NCBI GenBank assembly: GCA_028534125.1
Contig: CM052817.1
Coordinates: 48,672,001-48,736,000 of the forward strand
Origin: Lama glama
Taxonomy: Eukaryota
Length of the DNA: 64,000 bases
Direction: 5' to 3'
Shown here: positions 54,041 to 64,000 of the stretch, one piece after another
Position numbering within the stretch: the stretch's first letter is position 1
How the letters are laid out: the number at the start of each line of letters is the position of its first letter
The notes under the pieces: generated by a model
Told to the model about the DNA's origin: nothing
Database searches by the model: none
The model's input: only the letters and a program-made list of their open reading frames with translations
Program-made: the position numbers and the translations under genes

Positions 54041-54345
54041 CAGGAAGAAATTAAAAATAGAACTATTATATGATCCAGCAATCCTACTTCCAGGTATGTA
54101 TCCAAGGGCAACAAAACCATTACCTCAAAGAGATTTCTATAGTCCCATGTTCACTGCAGCATTATTCACAATAGCTGTCTAAGGCAAGGAAACTTACCTA
54201 AGTGTCCATCAACAGATGAATGAATCAATAAAATGTGAGATACATACACACACACACACACACACACACTCACACACACACATATATGATATATACAAAA
54301 TGCAATATCAGCCAGCCTTAAAAAATAAAGGAAATCCTGTTATGG
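54041..54345 (+). mobile_element. L1 ORF2 3' fragment, sense, abutting the antisense L1
   Basis: KLKIELLYDPAILLPGMYP...MFTAALFTIA in ORF 53982..54182. Confidence 0.85.
54247..54282. repeat. (CA)n microsatellite with one interruption
   Basis: Direct reading. Confidence 0.95.
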
Positions 54346-55399
54346 AATATCATTATGAATAATGCATTACAGTCTGTCATTTTCATTGGGTTTTGCATAT
54401 TTTACTTTCTTCCCTGAAGAGGGCTCATATTTTAGTTGCGGTTTGTTGATTACAGTCAAAAATTTTATCAGAGTTATCACTATTATACTTCTAGATCCAG
54501 GGGTTGAGCTTGAACCGTGCCTCTATATTTTTCACTTCTTCATTCTTTTCTTTTAGTAGTAAAATGGGCTATTTTAAGGATAACTTATAAAGATTCAATT
54601 AAAATATTACGATTGCCATGAACTTTAAAAATGTTGATGTGCACGTTCTCCTTTACAAAAAATACAGTGAAATTTCTAGACATTTATGTCAACGAGGGTT
54701 AGAATTCTCCCTTGTTTTGCTTCCTAACTAAGCATAAGTTATGTCAGTATAAAGAAATTGTATAGTGTTAACCTTCTTTGTGTCTCACACTGCTCAGGGC
54801 AACTGGTGTAGTGTTGTAACACATACAGTTCTTCCTGGGGACAATGTGATTCTCTGTTTTGTTCTGTTCCACTCCATTACATTCTACCCCAAACCATTCA
54901 TCTCATTCAAGATTTTGACCTAGAATTCCAATTCACATAATGAAGTGTATGTTGATAATGGTGAAGTTTTCAGCCTCAAGATGACATGTTTTGGCCACTC
55001 TAAAACTGGCGAATATTCCCAGGGAAAGGACTAGTTACTATTCTTTTAAAATAATTCAAAAAAGTACTGAGCTACTCCAAAATGAGACTGGAAGGAACAG
55101 AGTTAAGTGAGAGGGATAGCAGTCTAATTATCAGTCTGACATGCATGGGACAAACACCAAATCTGAACTGAAAACATATATTAATAAGTAAGATTAAGTA
55201 AAGATTAAGTTAATCTAAGTAAATTAACTACTTCGTTTGACTGATGAAAAAAACTGATGTTCAGAGATATAGCGTGCCCTACTCAGATCGCTGGCTAATT
55301 AGTGGCAGAGTTGACAAGAATGCAAAACTTCATTTAGGCCTCTTTTCATCCATTCTCAGAACCTAAGAGAGACAAAAAGCTTCCAAATACACACAATAA

Positions 55400-56499
55400 A
55401 AATAGATTTCCATGTGCAATATTTATTATTGACAAAAGATCTAAGTACAATCATCAGAATTCTTAGTAGTAGTGACAGAAAATAAAAATACCTCCACATC
55501 CCAAATTAACACCATCTTTTTATATTAAGTCGATAGTTTTTATTCTTCTATGAGTAGAATCAGGGTTTATTTTCAGAGACAACTTTGTAAACAAGACAAC
55601 AGGGCAGTAGTTTGGGATGGTTTGCTTTAAAATACATTGAAATGTATAGATAAAAAGTTTTAGAAAATATTCACTCTTGATATATTCCACATTGTGAATT
55701 AAATTAATAGTAAGTTGAATTAATTGAATTAATAGTAAAATCTTATGAGCACCATGTGAACATACAAAAAGTCTTCTGTGGTTTACAAAAGCTAGAATCA
55801 AGCACATCAGATCTTAACTTAGATTATAATACAATAAATGTCTATTAAGAGCTCTAAACAATTACATGCTCTCAAAAATATAGTGTCCAGAGTCCTGGTT
55901 TGTGCTTGGCTGCCAGATTTCATTTTTAGTCACTTCAAATCTTCACTTGATAGCAACTTTCCCCTTTCTTGGCTCACATTTTGTGGGATGCAATTTCATT
56001 TAAACTTTTGAGATGATTTAAAGATCTTTGTTACCAATCAGTAATACAGTAATACAGAAAGGTCAGTCTATTGATAGATGTTTTTGTTCATTTGAAGAAA
56101 CCTAATTTTAACCCTTTATATTTGTGCGATTAGGTAGTTCAGGCATACTAGGGGTAAAATGTAGTCACCTTAGAGTTTCCAACATTTAGGGAAAAGTAAA
56201 TGGTTGCTGATCCAGTTTTCTTTCTTTATCTAATGGCTTTCTCTTCCCTCAGTGATCTATCTCTGTAGGTTCCATAAAGTGATCTTAAATCATGGTCAGG
56301 CACCTGATCTGTGGGATAGAGGTGATTTTTCCTGCTAATAGGTCATGTGAGGTGAATAGTTAGATTCCAAGATTAGTGATAGTGCTTTAAATTTGAGTAA
56401 TATTATGATTTCACTTTGAGATTGGTGGCAAAAGTAAAGTGATAGCTCTGTACTCATAAATCATATCTAATGACAGAACACTTCACAATGTATGATGTA
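55400..56499 (-). other. MUC7: MUC7 3' UTR with AATAAA (55422-55427)
   Basis: tttatt on + about 1.08 kb past the stop; end approximate. Confidence 0.6.
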
Positions 56500-57228
56500 C
56501 TAGTTCTTTGTTACAATATTAAAAATTTGCTCCCACAGCTTACTAAGAGTTAAGAAGAATTCAGGAAATATTTTTTTAACAGCAGATGAAGTTGTATCTT
56601 CAGCAGTAGTAATTTTATTAGGATCTAGAGCAGTAGTTTGGGTTGTGGGTGCAGCTGTAGTTTTGGGAATTTCAGGTGTGACTGTGGTTAGGGAAGGAGT
56701 AGGTGTGGTGTTTGGGGCAGCTGTGGTCTCCTCTGGAACTGGGGTGATTGGTGGTGCTGGTGTAGTTGGGGAAGCTGTAGGTGGGACAGCTGTGTCTTCT
56801 GGTGAAGCTGGGAAATGTGGTGTTGCTACAGCTGCAGAAGAGCCTGTAGGGCTGCTATCGTCTCTTGCAAATGTGGTGGGAGTCTTCTGAGCAGGAGAGG
56901 TCACACTTGGAGGGGGACTAATTTTGGTAGGTGGGGGAGTCACAGGTGGGATTTGGGTAGTAGCCTCTGAGGTGTTATTGTTGACCACAGTGTTGTTTTC
57001 AATGGGAGAGTTGGGTGGCAAGGAAGGTTTTGGCCTTGTGGGTTTTCTCCCTCTTGGCTTTCGAATCTTTCGGCGTCTGGATTGACTAAAAGGGGACTGC
57101 TTTTGAATGAATGGATTCCAGTAAGGTGGTAATTTGGGATAAAATGGCAATCCATGGTCTACTATATACAGACGGAGATTATTCTTTTTGTGAAGTATTT
57201 CTCGTTGCTGTTTTTGACCTTCACTGAG
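56500..57228 (-). CDS. MUC7: Mucin-7 exon 3 coding part (LSEGQKQQRE...TTQIPPVT...ETTAAP...IVTKN*), 242 aa; protein 260 aa in total
   Basis: Acceptor ttttctacag|CTC, open 729 nt (within ORF 56500..57267); basic N-terminus, ATTQIP motif, PTS repeats with TTAAP; syntenic with AMTN. Confidence 0.96.
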   Translation of the reverse strand, partial: LSEGQKQQREILHKKNNLRLYIVDHGLPFYPKLPPYWNPFIQKQSPFSQSRRRKIRKPRGRKPTRPKPSLPPNSPIENNTVVNNNTSEATTQIPPVTPPPTKISPPPSVTSPAQKTPTTFARDDSSPTGSSAAVATPHFPASPEDTAVPPTASPTTPAPPITPVPEETTAAPNTTPTPSLTTVTPEIPKTTAAPTTQTTALDPNKITTAEDTTSSAVKKIFPEFFLTLSKLWEQIFNIVTKN

Positions 57229-60200
57229 CTGTAGAAAAGAAAAAGTACAGGAGCTGAAAACATCCATTTATTTATTAACTATGAGATTATTGCTGAGTGT
57301 GAAATGAGCAGTATTTGTGGAATTTTGGGATTGGAAACAAGATTTTAGTGGATTGAGTGGTTATCCTTCCAATTTCACCAAATCTCAATAATGACATGCT
57401 ATTAGAGTTTCATCTTATCAAATAGTTATTCTCCTGGTTAGCTAGGATGAATGTACTCCTGTGGGCTCAAGCCTGGAAGATCAGCTAGGTCTGCCCTTTT
57501 GTGCTTGCAGTTCTCACTTTTCCTTCTGGTAGAAAATGGTCAAGTTACTGCCTGAGGCTTGAGTAAAAAGGCTACCTGCTTGCTGCACTCTTTTAGTGAA
57601 AGCTTTGTGAAAGGCATTCAACTGAGATCTAAGGAGTCCTTTCTGAATCACACCCCTCATATCCATCATCCTTAGAAAAATAAAACAAAACAGACAAAAA
57701 CCCAGACAATCAACTTAACAAACCAGTGCACATCTCAGCTTCATATCTTCCATATCAGAAAAAGCCTAGTTTTTAGCTTTTTTAAGTTGGAGAAAGGACT
57801 CTGACTATTACCCTTTAACTTTATTATTAAAAAATTAGGATTACAGAAACTCAAGGGGTTCATGAATCCTATGATATTGTAGAAAAATTTTGCACGTTTA
57901 TGTGTTTTCTCTGGATGGAGGACCCTTTATGAATTTTTAAAGGTGTTCACATCTGCAAGGAACACTGATCTAGTCCAACTGTACATATGGTACTTAATCT
58001 TTTCCCAATATACTTTATGAATGACTTTCCAGCCTATGCTTGACAATGTCTTCTGATTGAGAACTCGCTACCACATCTCCCAAGGTAGCCTGGTCGAGTT
58101 CTTCTTGATACTGAATAGAAGTTTGTTTCTTGGGATTTCCATTCTGAAGAGAGATTTATTTCTTCAGATTTTCATTTTTGGTCTTAATTCTATTCTTTGG
58201 CAGTACATAGATCCTGGAGCCCTTCAAAATTGGAAAATACCTACCATGCCATCTGGATCTTATATTCTTCAAGGTTAACATTCTTAGTTCCTTTAGCCAT
58301 TACTGACATTATTTAAGTTAGAATATCATCACTGTTTCAATTTCTTATCTCTAAACATTCTGCAATTTACCTATATTCCTCTTTTCCTTCATATTCCATC
58401 TCATACTAGAATTTTAAACTATCAATGGTATTAATTTAAATTGGAGAAAATAAATATTATCTTAAGGATAAAGGGGTCACAGCCAAGAGTTCCAACCAAA
58501 TTATGTTACATATTTTCCTCCTGACAATTTCCACACAAATCCTTTTTAGACCACCAAATAGATAAATCACTCTAGTCCCATATTGTAGAACTGTCTTCAG
58601 AGATAGAGTTTAGTGCAGGTAAAGTGACTGACTGCTTGTGAGAAACTAGCAGAGTTATTCAGCTAAGATAATTCCTCAGAGACTAATATACCCAGCCTCA
58701 AAAATAACCTTGGAAAGTATTAATTGTTTTAAAAAATTATCCAAGGAATTTCAATTCTGAGAACATCTATAAGTTAAAATAATGGCTTCTGATCCACATA
58801 ACTTTGATGTTTTTGCATAGATATTTCTCAAGAGGCCACAGAATTCCGGAATCTATAACTCTGATCCCAGGATGCACCTCCACTCAATGGAATCTCTCAG
58901 AAGATCCTCTTCATTAGAGGGCAGTGGTTTTCTAACATAAAATAAGCAGATTACATTGTTCAAGCAGCTCTTTCCCTGGAGATTACATATGCAATCCAGA
59001 TAATTACAATACTGCTCTGCTTGAAGCAGGATTGAGGGCCCCATATTCCACCAGCTCAGTCTCCTCCTTTCCACATGGTCTCTGAGGATGCTGTGAAGAA
59101 CTCCCAGATATTAGAGGAACATGTTTGAAACACACAGCATCCTACTGTCAGTGGAGGTTTGGGTCTGTCCAGTGTCTGCCATTAAATAATTGAGTGTTTT
59201 GGGGCAAATCACATAATTTTGCTGCATCTTAGTTTACTAATTTATGGAGTGATTCAGGTTAAATTAAATTCCAGATCCAATGTCTAATTCTATGACTTCT
59301 ATGCTTTGAAATAATTATGTTATTCATTCCCTTAATCAGATAATCAGCTTCATGAGGACAGGGATTTTGTTTTGTTAATTTTTGTATGCCATTACCTAGA
59401 ACAATGCCTTGGCACCCATTAGATATTTATTGAATCAACAAACACATGGAATTGATAATAAAGAAACTAATTTCTCATTGTGTAAAATCGTAACATTAAA
59501 AAGTGTTTAAAAGTTGTTAATAGGATGTTAAAAAGTTCCAGCTATTTTAATTTAGGTGACAAAAATAATGTCTATGACATTTTCATATGAAGGCAAGTTA
59601 ACTAAATCCTATTAGATTTTAATGTTAGCTTAGCATAGAACCTGCAGCAAATGACCAGTTTGACTAGTTTACTTAAAATATATTGACTGATTATTATGAT
59701 TAGCAGTTATAGATGGCTTTAATAGAACTTGTTGACTGGGACTGGGTTTAGGGAAGCTTGAGAAGGGGAGAGTTGAAAATACCTCTAAAGATTTGAGCTC
59801 AGATGATTGAAGTACGGAAGTACATATAGTAAATATAGATAAACCAAGAAAAGCAGTTTAAAGATATTCTCATTTGCCTGTTCATATCCATTATTTTTCA
59901 AAAAAAATTCTTATATAGCACTTTGTGTCTGGCCCTATTCTAAGTGGTTTACAATATGAATTTATCAATTCCCTAATAACACCATAAGGTGAGTACTCTT
60001 ATTTTTCTCATTATAAAGATGAGAAAACTGAGTCCTAGAGAGATTAAGTAACTTTTAGAAGAATGTCTCTCCATACACAAATCACACTTTGAGGGGAGAG
60101 GAGAGGGAGAAGAGGTGAGCAGCCAGGGGAGAACTGACTGGTCACAGGGACAGGTGGATAGGAGAGTGGACTGGAGTCAAGGAAGGGGGAGAGGAGAGTG

Positions 60201-62566
60201 GGCTGGAGTGGGGAAAGGAGCAGAGAGGAAGTGCAGTCAGGGACGGGGAGGGCAGAGAGGCACAGGACACCTGCAGCAAGAAAGGAGGGTTCAGAGGAAG
60301 CAGAAGATTCCTAAAATCACTAGAGGAATGCCAAATTTGGGGAGTTGGAGAAGGAGGGAAAAATGGGCCATGAAAGAAACAGAGAAATAGGAAGAGAACT
60401 AGAAGGGTGCAAAGTCAGATAGGCACTTTTTTGAAATTAGAAAGCACACTGAACGTCTTAATTTTTGATTACTAGTCTATCTTTATGACCATTTGGAAAC
60501 CAGTAATCCTTCTCCAAAGAGGAACAGAATAGCATATTTAAGTAATGTTATATTTAACAGAGCTCCTCATCTGACTCCAGAATACACCTCCTCAATCTTT
60601 TGGGGGGAGCATCTGAAAGACAGAGGCCAGATTATCTGCTCCCTGAAATCACTCCACAAAAGCAGAGTAGGTTGTTGCCAGGACTCCAGGACTGGCCTTT
60701 TCTTACTGTGGGTTGGTGCCTCCCTCTGGTACATTTCATGCTTTCTAAGGACCAGGTCAAGGTTTTGCTGTGCTACCTCCTCATATTCAAGTTCTTTGGA
60801 AATTCTTTCTCTCACTAGAAGGGTTTTGAGAATTGGGCAGTGTAGAGAGTTTCCATTTATCCTGTACAGGTGGAAGAGTTGATTCTTTGATGCTTGGATT
60901 TGTAGGAAGTACCAGGAAGGGCTTCCCCCAAATAACAACACAGCTTTAGCCATTCCACCATTACACAATGATTTATGTTGCTTGGAATGCCATTTCTTGT
61001 AATCTAGAGGTGTTTGGTAACCAGGGGTTTCTTGTTAAAATTTAACTTGTTAAAATTTAACTTATTAAAATGTTAATATCACCATGCATATTCAGACCAT
61101 AAATCCTTATCAACTAGTATGTAAATAGAGATTATAACAATCTTACAGTCATAATATTTACATCTATACTATGCTTTACAATTACTAAATGCATGTGTTC
61201 TCTTTTACTCTTCAACAGCCTTGTGAAGCACATACTGTTATTACTATTTTTACATAGGGTAATTGGGGTCCTATAGGTAGACTGTAGCTCAGGATTCATC
61301 TGGATGTTCAGATGATGAATTAAACCCGTATCTCTGAGCCCCATTTGAGTGTACTTTCTGCTACAATCATAGAAATAAGCATTAGGGTCCAGCACCTAAG
61401 ATGATATTTTTTGGCGATGTGGAGGATATTATGTGATAAGTGGGGAATATGAGAGTATCCATTAATAGATTCCATCCACCTTATCAGTTCTCCTATCCTG
61501 TCAACTCTCTACAATCATAATATTCTGAGGCTATTTAGCTTTGCTCAATAAATCTATATTCTACTTCTCGACTCTTCCTTCAGTTTTGTTAAAATAAAAG
61601 TGAACAAATACATAGAAGTTTATAGCCTTTGAGACAAATATGGTTATTTTTTTACACCATGTATCACTTTGAATCATTAATTTTAATCTTCCTTTCTTGG
61701 TAGACCCTAAATACCTTAAAGGTAGGATCCATTTTGTCATTTTTCTGGTGGTTTTGGAAACCACACTTTCCTGTGCTTTTTTGTGGTTTCTTCATTTTAT
61801 TTGTATTCAAACTTCCTGTGTTTTCTTTCTAGGTGATCTTGTAAGGTCCTATGGCTTCAGATACATTCTAAATATAGACTTCACCCCTGGACTTCTTTTT
61901 GAACCCCAAACAATGTACATCCAATTGCCTCTTGACATCTCCTTGGAGAAGTCCAATAGCCATTTCAAATTTAAGATATCTAAAACAGAACACTTTTGTT
62001 CATTTCTTTCTTTTACCACACACTCAACCCAGCAGAAGTTATAGTAGACTTAATCACCAAAATAGATCTTAAATCCACCCTCATGTTTTGCTTTAATTGC
62101 TGACATTTAGTGCAAGTCACCACCATCTTTTATCTGGACCACTGCTATAGCTTCTTGAGTGGTCTCTTTACCTCAACTTTTGTCCCCCCACAATCTGTTT
62201 TCTCCCCAGAACCCAGAGTCATGTCACTCCTCTGTTGACATGAGAATCATCCCAAGACTTCTGGTATACTGAGAATGGAATCCATATTCTATACCAGTGA
62301 GACCCTACATGATTTGTCTTGTGTATCTCCACCTGATTGCATCACACCCATGATAAAGTTGGTGCTATACAAATATCAGTTAAATGACCCAAATCATTTT
62401 CCTGTATTTTAAGTATTTGTTATCCTATGTTTCAGCCAAAACAGAAGATGCCAAGCTTCTTGGAAATAGGAATTGTATGTTGTACGTTTGAAGTCTCACT
62501 TAGCTATATACACCAAATGTTATTGATCTACAAGAAAGAATAAAAGTTATTTGGGTGGATACTTAC

Positions 62567-62620
62567 TGAGAAGCAAGCACTCAGTGCACAGATGCACAAC
62601 AGCAGTGGCAGAGTTTTCAT
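62567..62620 (-). CDS. MUC7: Mucin-7 exon 2 coding part (signal peptide MKTLPLLLCICALSACFS); whole exon 62567-62636
   Basis: 54 nt from ATG, acceptor ttttcccag|, donor |gtaagt; nearly identical to the human MUC7 signal peptide MKTLPLFVCICALSACFS. Confidence 0.97.
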
Positions 62621-64000
62621 TTTTTTCTGTTGGCTCCTGGGAAAAGCAGAAAAGTGGCTCACTATTTAATAATGATACTGTGGGAGAGTGATGCATTTTT
62701 TTTGGTAAATGATTTATTTTTGTTAGAAAGTATAGTTTGAAAGGGGCTAATGGTTCTTGAAAATTATGTATATATTTTCACTTCATAGTGGTGCAGCAAA
62801 ATTGCTTCAGGCTAAAACACATTCTTTCGGAGAGAAAGCAATGGAGGATGGTCAAGAATTATTCTTGTAACTCGTATGTAGCATGAGCATTCACCAGTGA
62901 TATTAAAGATTGCCTGGGAAGGGCAGGATCTTAGGAAGTTTAGCAATAAGAGAAGGAAATAACTTTCTTCTTATTTCTATTCAGGTTCTAGAAGCCTCCC
63001 TATTTGGTAAACTATCATACAAACTACCTGATGTTTACCGAACATGATTTTGTAAATGTTCCATGATGTTTTTTTAAGCAAAGAAAGGTATTCCTTGTCT
63101 CTATGTTATAAGGCTGTTACGTAGGACAAAGAATCAAATGGACTCTTTACCAAATTTCATTCTACTGAAGATTTTACCATTTGATCCCCCTTTTCTAAAT
63201 CCTTAATGATAGGAATTATGTTTTATTCATTTTATATCATCATGCTTAACATGCAGTGCAGATTTAATCAATATTAAAAAAAAACCTGCCAAAAGACAAT
63301 TGTATTTTTGGCTACAGATTGTAGGAGGGGAGAGTAAGGGAAGGGCATGGCCCTTTATTCTTCTTATTTTGATCATGTATACAGTATATACATCTCAGCT
63401 TGACTTTAGAAAACAAAATAATGGTTAAATATTTGTGTAGATGGAGTAGTTATTAGGGCAAGTATATTAGTGTGCACACATCAGTGTGGTGTGCTATCAG
63501 ATCAGACACACTTCACAATATAGCCCGGTGGTTTATCAAACCAGAGGGTATTAGAGTCAATCATTCTTGATTTAAATCCCAACTCTGCCATTTACTGTGT
63601 GACTTTGAGTGAGTTGTAATCTTACATCTCAAGATAGTCCTGAGGAGTGGCTGGAATAACATATATTACAGATTATACTGAGAACAATGTTTGGTCCATG
63701 ATAAAGGCTCAGTGGTGGTTATTATAGTGCTAGTCTACTAAGAAGAAAGCCATCTGGCCCAATTGGAGAAAGAAATTATTACTATTTTATCAGGCTCCTA
63801 ATCCTGTCAGATTTTCTTCTTTTTATTTTCAAGATTAAGAAATATTCCCCATTGATCATATTTTCTTCTAGGAACAGATAGGTTGAATCTGTTATCGCGT
63901 AGTTTATCAGTTCACAAGAACAGAGGAAAATAACTATTAGAACTGCTACTATTATTTATGTATAGAACTTGAAAACTGCTTAGCTGACATTTGAATATAT

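Noticed and set aside
56645..56890. Plus-strand Gly/Val/Ala-rich 81-aa ORF
   Set aside because: Antisense shadow of the MUC7 PTS region
62637..64000. MUC7 non-coding exon 1 and promoter
   Set aside because: No convincing donor or TATA pair seen; probably just outside the window

Overview
AT-rich, repeat-laden mammalian genomic DNA from the SCPP (secretory calcium-binding phosphoprotein) cluster. There are no prokaryotic features, RNA genes or CRISPR arrays. Two genes lie on the minus strand. (1) A complete, intact amelotin gene AMTN: 9 exons, about 30.9 kb to 17.2 kb, with a 630-nt CDS (209 aa plus stop) that I spliced by hand using GT-AG junctions. (2) The two coding exons and 3' UTR of the salivary mucin gene MUC7 (62.6 kb and 57.2-55.4 kb, 260 aa), whose non-coding first exon probably lies just beyond the window. 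Cetartiodactyl-type L1 3' ends, with no obvious Bov-tA, PRE1, CHR2 or CAN SINEs, suggest a camelid (inference only). The most notable unexplained structure is a decayed, co-oriented exon of about 1.8 kb between MUC7 and AMTN (about 34.8-36.66 kb). It carries roughly 15 copies of a 45-nt (15-aa) basic/Gln/His repeat followed by a Thr/Pro-rich mucin-like segment, and there is a candidate decayed MUC7-like signal-peptide exon at 42.2 kb. Together these look like a dead MUC7-like SCPP paralogue. Two strong CTCF-like motifs flank AMTN and this relic. The rest is L1, L2, MIR, hAT/MER and LTR sequence. Repeat family names are by-eye calls.
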